A stretch of DNA of 64,000 bases from Dictyostelium discoideum. Lineage: Eukaryota. The stretch spans positions 7,168,001 through 7,232,000 of the forward strand of contig CM000151.3 in the NCBI GenBank assembly GCA_000004695.1. The letters are read 5' to 3'. Positions 35,757 to 48,749 of the stretch are shown in pieces. A model generated the notes under the pieces. The model did not search any database and was not told the origin of the DNA. It worked only from the letters and a program-made list of their open reading frames with translations. Every line of letters begins with the position of its first letter. Within the stretch, counting starts at the first letter, position 1. The translations under genes and the position numbers were made by a program.

Positions 35757-36661
35757 TTATTTTGAAAAAGTATTTGAAATTAAATTATTAAATTGATCAA
35801 TTGGTATTGATTGAATATTTGATTGAGATAATGAATTGATTGAAGCTTCAGTGATAGTATTAAAAGTATTATTTGCAAGATTGGAAGCAGTGTTGGTAGC
35901 AACTTTTTCAATGACATGATTGATAATTTTCTCTGTAGGAATATTTGAAGCGATAGTATGTGGAATTGAAGAAGAGAGTGGACCAACGACAGAAGAGGTA
36001 CCAATATTACCATTGGCAGCATCGATAACACTTGAACCAACGGATTTAATTACGCTTGAGGCAGCATTGGTGGCGGCGGCAGCAGAGGTTGGAAGGGATA
36101 CGTTATTTAAAAGTTTAGCTAATTGATACCATTTTCTAACTTTAATGAAACCATAGATACCAACAACTGCAAGACAACACATAACAATACCATTACGAGT
36201 ATTACTTAATCTAACATCATTGAATAGGGTTAACAATGATTTTGCTTGTGGATTATGTTGATCGGTTGCAAGAATCTCTTGTAATGTTTGAATACCCTTT
36301 ACATTTTCACCTAATCTATAACAAGCGAATGAGTAACTATATCTATATAAATAACTATTTGGTTCAATCTCTCTTAATTTACCAAGGAATTTCAATCCTC
36401 TCTTTATATCAGCTCTACTACTACTATGTATTAAACTTTGAGCATATTGAAAAACTTGATCTTTTTGGTTGTTTCATAATTTTATCATCTTCATCTTCTT
36501 CAATTGAATTATTATTATTACCATTATTATTATTATTACCAAGATTACCTTTATAATCAATTTTAAAATATTTTAATTCTTCACGAATAATTTCTTCTGA
36601 AACATTTGGTGGTATAACAATTTTACCTTTTTTTTTTAAAGAAATAAATTAATATAAAATT

Positions 36662-36707
<46 letters not shown>

Positions 36708-36951
36708 TTTACTTACCAGTTCTATAATAATTTAAAATTACATCAAATGAAGCACCATTACGATCAAAAAAGTATTCACCTTTTTTATCTGGTTTTCTAA
36801 GGTGTCTATTATTTGGATGAAAGATATTACCAAGTAAAGTCTCTGGGTATTGTGCCAATGTTGATGGCATTACTTCATATTTTACACCTCCAACATTTAA
36901 AATAATTGGATCTTCATCATGGTTATCAATATCAATTGGATAAGATGACAT
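35757..36951 (-). CDS. BTB/POZ (KCTD/T1-type) domain protein fused to a Fis1-like TPR region plus a predicted TM anchor and a long S/T/N-rich tail, ~339 aa. Minus-strand exons: 36717..36951, 36549..36626, 35757..36460.
   Basis: Exon 1 is MSSYPIDIDNHDEDPIILNVGGVKYEVMPSTLAQYPETLLGNIF...GEYFFDRNGASFDVILNYYRTG. It joins in phase 1 to KIVIPPNVSEEIIREELKYFKIDYK, and again in phase 1 to DQVFQYAQSLIHSSSRADIKRGLKFLGKLREIEPNSYLYRYSYSFACYRLGENVKGIQTLQEILATDQHNPQAKSLLTLFNDV...IVMCCLAVVGIYGFIKV. Donors are GTAAGT and GTAATC, with AG acceptors. The BTB-T1 signature (LNVGG...FDRDG..F..IL.YlRtG) is clear. Similarity of the TPR/TM part to Fis1 is moderate. Confidence 0.6.
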
Positions 36952-37189
36952 TTATTTATTTATTTTATATAATATATATTTGTATCTAAATAGAATTTAT
37001 AAAATAAAAAAAAAAAGGAAAAAAAAAAAAAAATAAAATTTATAAAAAAAATAAAAAAAAAAAAAAATTAATTTGGGCGCAAATTTTTTTTTTTTTTTTT
37101 TTTTTCGTTGATTCTTATCTTAAAAATTAAAAAATTAAAAAATTAAAAAAAAAAACACAAACCACACCAACGAATATACTTATCACACG

Positions 37190-37259
37190 ATGATTAATAA
37201 TTTACTTAAAAGGTCAAAAATAAATAATATAATATATAATAATAAAAGATATTTTTGTA

Positions 37260-37307
<48 letters not shown>

Positions 37308-38560
37308 TAAATAATAATAATAAAAACAATAATATAAATATAGATTCCAATGATAATAAAGATAATAAAAATATAGTTGAAATTACAAATGAAAATGAAA
37401 CAATTAAATATAAAGTTATAATTAAAGAACCAATAATACCAAATCAAACTATATTTTCAAAGAGTTCATTAAAAAGTATAAATAAAGAATTTAATAAAAC
37501 CATTGAATTAGGTAAAGATATTGATAATGAGTCAAAAATCAAAGTGAAATCACCAATAAATCCATTTGAATATAGTATTGAAACTGTTACGGATGCATTA
37601 ACATTACCAGATTTAAAACCAGTTGGATTAGATAATACTTATGCCACTGGTGTAATGCACGAGAATTTAAAACAGTCAATGCCATATTTAATGAAACTAT
37701 CAGAGAATCCAAAAGAGATTGAAAATGCATTCTCACTATTTCAAGTAATGGAAAGATTTTATGTACCAATTGACGAACAATGCTATAAATTATTAAGAAA
37801 ACAAATTGAATCAGCAATCATTGAAATAGCAGCATTCAATGAAGCAATTAAACAAGAACAATTAAAACCAGGTTCAATGCCAGATGAAAGATTATATATT
37901 CCAACCGTACAAACTTTAAATACTCTCTTAAATTATTACACAGAAACTGATAAATTATCTGAAGCATTTCGTCTTTTCCTAACAATGAAAATGTTAGGTG
38001 TTCAACCAAATCAACATACTTATAGATCATTAATTAATGCTTCAATTCGTTATGAAGATATTGATGTTGCATTATTAGCATATGAAAATATGAGGTAATT
38101 TATTATATTTAAATAAATAAATATAATAATAATTATAATTTTTTTTACTAATCTTATTTGAATTTTTTTTTTTTTTTTTTTTTTTTTTAATAGATCTGAT
38201 GGTATTAAATTAGAAGTTCAATCATATGAAAGATTATTTGAATCATGTTGTAATACAGTACATTATGATGGTGCATCAGATTTATATAGAGAATTAGTTG
38301 ATAATTTTAAAGTTTCTGCAACCAATAGAATGGCATTATTAACAACATTAGGTACAACAAGATTAATGGATTGGCTTGGTGTACCAAAATCAACTAGATC
38401 TGGTAGAGGTTGGGTAACAAGTTTACAAGTTTCACCAACTCGTTATATTTTCCCACCAAAACATGACAATCATATTTTATTAGAACCAAAATTACCATCT
38501 TCAACTCTTAAATCATTATCTCAAAAATCAAATGGTGGTGGTCTTTTACCATTTTCTTAA
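37190..38560 (+). CDS. Mitochondrial-type PPR-like (pentatricopeptide/helical repeat) protein with a poly-Asn N-terminus. Two exons: 37190..38094 and 38194..38560.
   Basis: Donor ATGAG|gtaatt (phase 2) and acceptor aataG|A give ...LAYENM-R-SDGIKLEVQSYERLFESCCNTVHYDGASDLYRELVDN... The 35-aa helical repeats (LNTLLNYYTETDKLSEAFRLFLTMKMLGVQPNQHTYRSLINASIRYEDIDVALLAYENMR) are PPR-like. Confidence 0.6.
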
Positions 38561-38699
38561 CTTTTGAAAATAAAAAAAAAACAATAAAAAAAAAAAAATA
38601 CATATATACATAAAATAAATAAATAAAAATAAAAAGAAAGAAAAATATATGTAAACAAAATTATTTATTTATTTATTATTATTATTTATTATTTATTTA

Positions 38700-40489
38700 T
38701 TAAGTACTAGTACTACTACTAGTAATAAGACTACTTGAACTACTACCAATACCACTTGAATCAGGAATTACATATCTTAATTGAATATTATAAACATCCA
38801 TTAAATCATATAAAACAAATAATGAGAAAATGAAACGAGTACAAAAGTTTGAAATTGTTTCATTACGACCACGATTAGAGATATCAACTTTTAGGAACTT
38901 TCTTGAAGCAAAACGTAATCCTAAATCATAGGCAAATTCAAAACATAATAGATAAAGATATCTATAAAGTAATTGATGGAAATGGTCAGGTGATAAAGCA
39001 TGGAATGTTACATAATTTGCACTCTTCCAATCTAAAGCTCTTATTAATGATAAAAATGCTGCCATCGTAACAATTGATATATATTCTGCCATTTTATCAT
39101 AATAATATTCAATTGAAAGATTCATAATATGTTTATCATATGATGTATTCTGATCGGCCAAAAATGCCCTGGCAACTCTAAATATTAATGAAGTTGATGC
39201 ACGTTTATCCAAATAACTAATTAAAGTTGTATGTCTAAATAACCAAAACTTCTTTGTCATATGTAATGGATAATAAACAATATCAATTGCAAAAATTACA
39301 AAACTAATTAAAATTGTAATACTCCAACCTTTTTTTTAAATATTAAAAAAAAAAAAAAAAAAATTAATAAATAATTTATATATTTTTTATAACTATAAAT
39401 ATTTGAATAAACAAACTTACTATTTGTATTTAAAAATAAATTTCTATAATAAAGGAAAAACATTAATGGAAATTGGAATAATGTGAAATATCTAATTTCA
39501 CCAGGTTTTAATAAACGATTTAAACCATTTGAAATACCCATTAAAACGATACGACTTGCTTGAAAAACTACGATCGAAACTAAAGCTAAGAATGGTGTAC
39601 GGAAATAATCTTTTTCACGTACAAAACTTTCGAAGTTATGAAGCCAAAACCAAGTACCAATTACAAAGAGTTGATAGAGTACAACTGAAAGGAAATTACG
39701 ATATGATATTTCAAATTTTGGTACCAATGTATAGTTATCCAATGTAATGGTTTTAGTACGGGTTCTAAATGAATGATCTGATTGATTTCCAGTTTTTTGA
39801 TCAACTTTTAAATTCTCTTTAAATTGTGATGAACTAAGGAATGATTTTGATGATGCTCCAGTTGGTTTTTCATTACTACTTGATAAATCTTTAAACATGT
39901 TCATTTCCATACCTTCACCACCAACTTCGTCAGGTGTTGCGACAACATTTTCATTTGATGATGTTAAATCTCTACTGTCGTGGTTGTTGTTGTTGTTACT
40001 GTTGGATGTGGTTATAGTTGTAACTACATTACCCTCACTATCGGTTGTGGTTGATACTACTTCACTACTACGATTACTATGAGCGAAATTTAATTGTTTA
40101 ATATTATCGTCTTCATCCATATCAATGATTTTATAATAGCACATTATTTTTGATATTCTCTTTGTCCATGGTTTTGATTTTCTTTTGGTTCTTCTTTGAC
40201 CTTCTTGATCTACGATATTTTCATTTTCATCGATATAGTTCTTTCTAAGTTTATGGTATACCACATAGATGAAATAACAAACTGCACATAAAAGGAATGT
40301 AATACCATCAATGAATGAAAATGATAAACGATTATCTTGAACATTGATTTCTGTGACTACTTTTAACCATGCAATTGAAATACCAACAAATATACAAAAG
40401 AATAATGTAATCATCCATTTCGAACAACCTGGTAAATTTAAATCATAAAATGATATCCATGTAAAAAACATCACTATATAATAAACCAT
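38700..40489 (-). CDS. Multi-pass membrane protein of unknown function, ~565 aa. Minus-strand exons: 39421..40489 and 38700..39328 (donor A|GTAAGT, acceptor aaaaAG).
   Basis: ORFs 39308..40489(-) and 38700..39260(-) are in the same gene. The phase-1 junction gives ...FLNTN-S-WSITILISFVIFAIDIVYYPLHMTKKFWLF... There are at least 8 predicted TM segments and no recognisable family. Confidence 0.55.
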
Positions 40490-40611
40490 AGATGTACCTG
40501 AAAATGCTAAATAGGTTCTAACTGGTAATAAAACCCATAATAAACATAATCTTTTTGGTATAATTAAAAGATGGGTAAAACAAAAAAAACTTTTAATGTA
40601 AAAATTTTAAA

Positions 40612-40675
<64 letters not shown>

Positions 40676-41067
40676 CACTTCTCTCTAACTTTTTTTTTTT
40701 TATTATTTTTAATTATTAATTATTATTCTTCTTTTCAAACCAGCACTAATTTTATTTTTTTTTTTTTTTTTTTTAATTGATTTTGGAATTTAATCAATTA
40801 TTACACTCGTTTTATTTATTTGCACTTTTTTTTTTTTTTTTTTTCAATATTCTATTATTATAATTTATTATTATTATTATTTAATATTTTATAAATTTTA
40901 TATTTGTTTTATATTTTATATTAATTTATATTTATTTGAAATATTGATTTATTAATGTTGTGATTATTATTTTTTTTTATTTTTTTTTATTTTTTTTATT
41001 CTTTTTATAGGTTATAAGTGCAATAATTGATCCCAAAAATTAAAAAAAGAAAAAAAAAGCTTTTTTT

Positions 41068-41100
<33 letters not shown>

Positions 41101-42163
41101 ATGTAGATTTTTTTGATTTTGCAGACTTTCAGGTTGATTTTAATGTGGAAAATATAAATTTATAAAAATAAATATAATGAAAATGCAAAAAAAAAAAAAA
41201 AAAAAAAAATTAAACTAATCAAAAAACTATTTAAAAAAAAAAACAAAAAAAAAATAATGGAAATAAAAAGAAAAAAAAAAAAATACCTAAAAATACAGTT
41301 ACCAAATATTTTTTTATTTTTTTTTTTATTTTTTTTTCTTTTTTTAAATTTCGTACAACAGTTCTTTAAGGCATATGTAACGGTTTTGTTAAAATATTTT
41401 TTTTTTATTTTTTATTTTTTTTTATTTTTTTTTTTTTCTTTTTTATTTTTTTTTTTTTGGATTAAAAATATCTTTTTTTTTTTTTATTTTTTAATTTTTT
41501 TAATTTTTTTTTTTTTCAAAACAACGTGTTATTTCAATGGTTTCTTGATGCGACATCACTTGTTTTTTTTTTTTAGTTTTTATTGATTATGGGTCCAAAT
41601 CGGAACTTCTTCATTTTTTGTTTTATTTTAATTTTTTTTATTTTTTATTTTTTTTATTTTTTAAAATTATTTTTTAAAATACATTGATTTCATTATTTTA
41701 TTATTTTCATATTTATGAAATCATTTTCAAACCTGGGTTAAAAATAAAAATAAAAATAAAAAAAATGAAGAATTAAAAAATTATATTGAAGTTCAATTTT
41801 TTTTCACAAAATCTGGATATTATTCACTTATTTTATTTTTTTTATTTTCCCTTTTTTATTTTTATTTTTTTTAAAATTTTGTTATAAAAAAAAAAAAAAA
41901 AAGTCATATGACATCCTTACAGATCTCTTTTTATTTTTTTTTATAAAATTTTTTAAAATTTTTAATTTTTTTCGTTTTGTTTTTTTTTTTTTTTTTTTTT
42001 CTTTTTTTTTCTTTTTCAAAATTACACGCACTGGGGAAAAAGAATAGGCTTTTACTCAAATAAAAAAAAAAAAATCAATAAATAATTTATATAATAATAA
42101 AAAAAAAAAAAAAAAATATAACCAGGTGGTGTTTTTTTTTATTTTTTTTCTTCTTCAAATAAT

Positions 42164-42650
42164 ATGAATGTAGTTTTATCAAAAAGTGCACTTGAAAATG
42201 TATCAAAACACAAATATTCTGGCATTGATGATTCAATTCTAGCAAAATTAATTTTACAAAAATATTGGAACTTTTGTTTAAAATTTGTTCCATTAAATAT
42301 AGCACCATATCTTGTAATTATTATATATACATAAAAAAAAAAAAAAAAAAAAAAATATAAAACATAAAACTAATTCTTATCCTTTTTGTTAACAAAATAT
42401 ATATAACAAAAATAAAAGATTACATTAACAGGTACAATTACAATTTTATTATCATTTTTTATAGTTGGATACTATTCACCATATTTAGAAGGTACATTAC
42501 CAAGATGGGTGTATGCAATGAGTGGTTTGACATTATTCTTTTATCAAACCATGGATAATTTAGACGGAAAACAAGCAAGAAGAACTGGTTCAAGTTCACC
42601 ATTAGGTCAATTATTTGATCATGGTTGTGATTCAATTGTTTGCACAGTAA

Positions 42651-42682
<32 letters not shown>

Positions 42683-42731
42683 AAATGAGAATGAAAAAAA
42701 AGAATTATAAAATAACTAATAACTACATTCA

Positions 42732-42808
<77 letters not shown>

Positions 42809-43743
42809 AGTTACAATCATTAATTGTTGCAAGTGTTGCAAATTATGGAGTTGGATATATATCATTAATTCAATTATTTATTACAGCATTATTACCATTT
42901 TGGATGGCAACATGGGAAGAATATCATACTGGTGTATTACATCTTGGTCCTATCAACGGACCAGATGAAGGTATTATTATTATTGTTTGTGCATTATTGA
43001 GCACAGCTATATTTGGCAACGCATTTTGGACATTTAAACCATTTGTAGCATCATCACAACTCTTACCATCAATCATCCAACAATGGTTACCAACATTCAT
43101 TCAACAATTGATGCTCAATGAAATCATTGTAGCTTCATTATCATTACCATGTTTAATCACTTGTTTCTTTAATATTAAAAATGTAGTTCAACATTTACAA
43201 GCAAAACAAAAACCAATCTTACCAGCATTAAAACATATTCTAGTTTGGGTTATCATCACTGTCTCTTCTTTTATTTGGTATTATACTTCAACAAATTTAT
43301 TACCATTATCTTCAATTTGGTTTAATAATATTAGAACTGTTCAATTTTCGATTGGTATAATTTTTGGTGAATTAGTTGTAAGTTTATTATTTATTATTAT
43401 AATATCATTATTTATTTTAGATATTAATAATAATTTTTTTATTTTTATTATTATTATTATTATTATTTATTATTTATACTTTATAAAGAGTCGTTTAATT
43501 TTAGCTCATATGTGTCATGAAAAATATAATATAATTCAAGCACCATTATATCCATTAATTTTATCAACATTTTGTTCAACAATTAATTATTTTAATGGTA
43601 CCATAATAATTCCAGAGAATTTATTATTAATTTTATTCACTGTAACCTCATTTGTTCATTACTCTTTATTTGTAAAGAGTACAATTAGTCAATTATGTTC
43701 TTATTTAAATATAAAATGTTTTACAATTACAAAGAAACATTAA
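42164..43743 (+). CDS. CDP-alcohol phosphatidyltransferase: choline/ethanolamine phosphotransferase (CEPT1/EPT1-like). Exons about 42164..42313, 42432..42646, 42811..43377, 43489..43743.
   Basis: N-terminus HKYSG...[17 protein letters not shown] aligns with human CEPT1 HKYQSSG...YWEWLVGRVPSWIAPNL. The catalytic motif [27 protein letters not shown] is present, and the C-terminal ...LAHM... is collinear. Introns 2 and 3 are clean (ACA|gtaagt, GTT|gtaagt). The exon 1/exon 2 junction has a 1-nt phase inconsistency, see findings. Confidence 0.75.
42733..42806. repeat. (ATT/TTA)n microsatellite, about 25 units, within intron 2 of the phosphotransferase gene.
   Basis: Seen directly. Confidence 0.9.
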
Positions 43744-44384
43744 AAAAAAAAAATAATAATAATAATTAAAATAATTTTAAAATCTTAAAATAAAAAAAAA
43801 TAAAAAAAAAGTTTATTTAATAATAAATAATTAATAAATTGAATTTAATTGATCAACTTTTTTTTTTTTTTTTTTTTATCTTTTATATATATATTTTAAT
43901 TAAATAATTGAAATAATAGAAATATTATCTTTTATTGGTTGTTGAGTTATAAATAATAATAATTACAAATTAGATAATCACTATGTTTTTTGAAATTTTT
44001 ACAACTTTATTTTTACTTTTTTTTTTTCTTTTTTTTTTTTTATTTTTTATTTTTTTTTTTATTTATTATAATAAAAGGACACAAACAAAGAAAAATGTTT
44101 AGAAAAAAAAAAATTGATTATAAAAAAAAAAGATCCAAGAAAAAAAAAAAAAAAAAAAAAGAAAACTCTATCCAATTGATATTTTAAAATAGTTGAATGG
44201 GCTAACAATTACAAGTAATCACTTGGATGTGTATCTGGATGGAATTCTTTTTCAAAGCTTTCTATCATTGGTCTATTATTAAATTTAAAAAAAATAAAAA
44301 ATTAATTAATAAAACTTTTTTTCTTTTTTTTTCTTTAATTAAAAATATAAAAAAAAATAAAAAAAAAAATAAAAATTCTTAAAC

Positions 44385-45987
44385 TTACATTGTTAAAGGT
44401 AAAGAATCTGAAGTTTTTAATAAAAGGTCAGGGTCAATTTGAGTCCCAAGCTTTTTCAAAAACTCTACAGCATCTTCAAATTCAAATTCGATAAGTTGTT
44501 TTTCATAAATTTTAAGTATTGCAAGTGACATTCTGTGAAGATAAAATCTACCTTCAATAAAGAAAACATCCAATAATCTCTTACTAATTGGTAAATCAAA
44601 ATTGTATGTAAATAATGTTGATATCCATTCTGATGCAAATAATACTGGTGTTACACCAATTTCTTTCTAAAAAAGTATTAATTAATAATTAGTATATATA
44701 TATATATTTTAAATAAAGTTTAAAGAAACTTACAAAATGTGAAAATAATTTTGGTAGTAATGTTTCAATTAATCTATCGATTACATAGAGATATTGTCTT
44801 AATAAACTAAGATCATGACAAAAGAGTGTTGATAATTTATAATTTTTCATAATACTTGTGAATGTCCAAAACGATTCCGTTTCATCCATTTCACTCAAGA
44901 GTACAGCGGCAATGAATGACATACCTTGAGTATAACCAATCTCTGGATCCATAATACTATATGCCTTCAAGATTCTAAATAATGAATTTTGACCTTGTTC
45001 ATTATTAAAGTATGGATTGTTTGGAAAGGTTCTACTTATATCTTTGGAGATTTTATATTCATACTCTTCAGAATGTTTACCTAAAAAATGTTGATATACA
45101 CCGATATTCTTTCTCTCCAATTCGATTGCACCAGAAAAGAATCTCCAAATATAACCTCTTATTCTCTTTGGTAAACCAATTCTAATTGATTTTAAAATTT
45201 CATTATTGATAATATTATCATGTGTATAGTTTTGAATTAATTGAAGCCATATATATTCTTTGGTTTTCATATGATTTAATTTCAATGGAAATCCATTCAC
45301 TTCTGATCGAATATCTGGTGCTTTAGAATTATAAAATGGTGATGATCTTGTTACTGCTCTAATTGTTGGTGAAATTTTTGTTATTGTATTTGATTCTTCA
45401 TTATTACTATTACTACTACTATTACTACTACTACTACTACTTATACTATCATTTAAACTATTATTATTATTATTATTATTTACAATTGTTTTATTTTCAA
45501 TATCTTTTTCTTCTTGATTGTTTATGATGGTTTGAGATGATGTTATGGATGGCGGATTTATAAATTCATTTATTTCTTTTACAATTGGTTCATACAAAGA
45601 TGATGAAACTGAGGAAGAGTCTGATGATATTGATTTTGGTGATTCAATATATGTTTTTATTGGTAAATTAGTTGAAGTAGAATTTGTTATGGTAGAGTTT
45701 GTTGTATCATTATTATTGCTATTTTTGTTATTACTATTATTATTATTATTATTATTATTATTATCATCTGTACCTAAAATATTGTTAATTGTACCACTAC
45801 TACTATTTCTAATGATTCCTTTTTGATGATTATCTTCAGAGATACAACAACTATTACCAACATCACCGCCACCACCACCACCACTCATATTGATTACATT
45901 ACCATCATCGCTACTACTAATATTATATTTTATATCAACAACTTTATCTTCTTGTATAGTTGGTTGATAATCAATCTTTGTATCCAT
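44385..45987 (-). CDS. TBC-domain Rab GTPase-activating protein with a long N-terminal low-complexity (N/S-rich) region. Minus-strand exons: 44734..45987 and 44385..44666.
   Basis: TBC signature motifs are present in order: IRGYIWRFF (Arg finger RxxxW), ISKDISRTFP (IxxDxxR) and YTQGMSFIAA (YxQ). The junction CATTTT|gtaagt...ttttAG|AAAGAAATT is in phase 0 and continues ...KEIGVTPVLFASEWISTLFTYNFDLPISKRLLDVFFIEGRFYLHRMSLAIL... Confidence 0.75.
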
Positions 45988-46155
45988 AATTTTATTATAT
46001 ACGTAAATTTCTTTTTTTATATTTATTTGTTTATTACTATTATTTTTATTTATTTGTATTAGTTTGTTTATTTATTAAATATTTATTTTTAGATATAAAA
46101 TCAAATAAAAATTTTTTTATTTATATTAAAAAAAAAAGAGTGAAATAAAAATTTT

Positions 46156-46193
<38 letters not shown>

Positions 46194-47596
46194 TATTAAA
46201 ATGAGTGGATGAATTATTATTAATTTGTGTGTAGAATATTCAGTTTTAATCTTTTGTATACTGTATTTATATAAATAATTATAAATTTATATTATTTTTT
46301 TATTTTTTTAAAAAAAAAAAAAATAATAAATTTTTTATTTTTTTTATATTTTTTTTTTTTATTTTATTTTTTTATTTTTTTTTTTTATTGTTTTATTTTT
46401 ATATTTTTTTTATCTTTTTTTTATTTTTTTTATTTTTTTTTTTAAAAAATTAAATAAATATCCAAATGAACTGATAAATAAAATAATTTGAGTTTAAATA
46501 CATACACAAAAATAAAAAAAAAATAAATAAAAAAATATATAAAAAAAAATAAAAACAAAATGAAAAGTGTGGGATAAAAAAAAAAAATTAAATGAGATTT
46601 TTTTTTTGATTTTTTAGCTCGATAAATTTTTAATGACGTATTTCGGCAAATTAACAATTTGAATTTTTTTTTGTTTTTTTTTTTAATTGTTTGTGATTGG
46701 TTTTATATCACAATAAAAACACAAACCCAAAAAAATAAAAAAAAAATAAAAAGTTTTTTTTTCCAAATTTAGTCTTTTTTTTTTTTTTTTTTTTCACAAG
46801 CCTTTTTTTAATATTCTAAAATTAATATGTAAAAAAATTTTAAAAAAGGTATTTCAGGTATTTTGGATTCAATGATTGCGAACCACCAAGTATTTTAATT
46901 TTTGTGATACAAATCTTTATAAATTTTTATCAGGAATTTTTTTTGTTTTGTATACTAATTCTTCGAATTTGTACACTCCACGATTTTTTCGATACTTTGC
47001 AGCATCTTCAATACTTGGTGGTCGCTTTCGATTTACTATTGAGAACTTTTTGTAAGACGATGAAAGATGATTTCTTTTGTGCATTTCGTCCAAAACCTAA
47101 TACCTTTGTGCTTTTATATAATTTAAAAATACTTTTAATAGAACTAAAATTTTTAAAAAATTTATATTTAAGGGATATTTTTTTTTTTTTCGTCTAAAAA
47201 AAAAAAAAAAAAATTTTAAATTAATAAAAATATTGGAATTTAATTATTTTAATTTTATTTATTTTTTAATATGGATTTAGTGTAGATAAATAGAACACTC
47301 AAAAATACACAAAATAAATGTAACCATTCTATTTTTTTTTTTTTTGTAATCAAAAATTTTATTTTTAGAATTAATTAATTTAATTATTTACAATTCATTT
47401 TTTATCATTAATCCCCAATTAGTGTATATCTTTAAATTTGAGTCTATTTTAAAAATATAAAACAGTGTGAATAATCCAAAAAAAAAATAAAAAATAAAAA
47501 AATAAAAAAATCTAACAATTAAAAAAGGATGATTATGATCATTGATTTTTTTTTTTTACACGGAATAAATTTTTTTTATTTACAAATTTGGTTAAT

Positions 47597-47629
<33 letters not shown>

Positions 47630-47639
<10 letters not shown>

Positions 47640-48308
47640 GTACAGGTCTTCTTCTTTGGTTTTTTATTTAATTTATTTGGATAAATTACAGATCTAATAC
47701 ATTGATCAAAAACATTTTTAACACCTCTTTGAGTTAAAGCTGAAGCTTCTAAATAGATAGCATTAATTTCTTTTGCTTTTTCTAAACCTTTTTCATATGG
47801 TACTAATTCAATATTCCTTTCTTTTAATTTTTTAATTGAATCATTATCATTTCTAATATCTTGTTTTGTACCAACCAAAACTATTGGTACACCAGGAGCA
47901 TGATGATTAACTTCTTTAAACCATTTTGTTGAAACATTTTCAAATGATGATTGTGAAATAATTGAAAAACAAATTAAAAATACATCAGTTTGTGGATATG
48001 ATAATGGTCTTAAACGATCATACTCTTCTTGACCTGCAGTATCCCAAAGTCCAAGACTATATGGTTTACCATCCAACATCAAATTTGCACAATAATTATC
48101 AAAAACTGTTGGAAGATATTCTGATGGAAAACCATTTGTAGTATATGAAATTAACATACAAGTTTTACCAACTGCACCATCACCAACAACAACACATTTA
48201 ATATTTTGCCTAAAAAAAAAAAAGTTAAAAATTAAAAAAAAAAAATTTAAAAAATATTAATATTTGAATACATTAATTATTTAAAAAATATTATTTTTTT
48301 ACCTACAT
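47630..48308 (-). CDS. Rac-family small GTPase (Rac1-like, C-terminal CAAX box CTIM). Main exon 47630..48209, with the initiator ATG apparently split across an intron (the 'AT' at 48307-48308).
   Basis: Exon 2 begins G CAA AAT ATT AAA TGT GTT GTT GTT GGT GAT GGT GCA GTT GGT AAA ACT TGT ... ([39 protein letters not shown]...[28 protein letters not shown]...VLVGTKQD...), about 75% identical to Rac1. It lacks an in-frame ATG, since a TAG lies 6 nt upstream. The only plausible start is AT|gtaggtaaaa (plus 48308-48301), 95 bp upstream, spliced to the acceptor ttttttAG|G to recreate ATG. Confidence 0.75.
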
Positions 48309-48510
48309 TTTAATTTATTTTAATTTTAATTTAATTTAATATTTTAAATAAAATTATTTGATTTATATTTATTTATTTAATTTATTTGATCTCTTTATCA
48401 AAATAAAAAAAAAAAAAAAAATTATTTATACACCACCAAAATTATTTTTTTTTTTTTTTTTTGTCCAAAAATTTTCATCGAAAAAATATCTTTTAAAAAA
48501 TTTGTGTGAA

Positions 48511-48541
<31 letters not shown>

Positions 48542-48749
48542 TAAATTTTCCATTTTCTCTAAAAAAAAAATAAAATAAAAATAGAAATAAAAACATATAA
48601 AATAATTCATATAATATAAAATAGAGAATATATATATAAATTTTATTTTTATTTTTATATAAATTATTTTTAAAATTTTCCCCTATTATTTTTATCTTTA
48701 TTTTTATGTTTTTTTTTTTTTTTTTTTTACCAAAAATGAATATTTGAAT

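Noticed and set aside
36236-36556. Plus-strand ORF (106 aa) and 35780-36126 ORFs overlapping the BTB/Fis1-like gene.
   Set aside because: They are antisense or alternate frames of the minus-strand exon, whose frame is fixed by the conserved BTB and TPR motifs.
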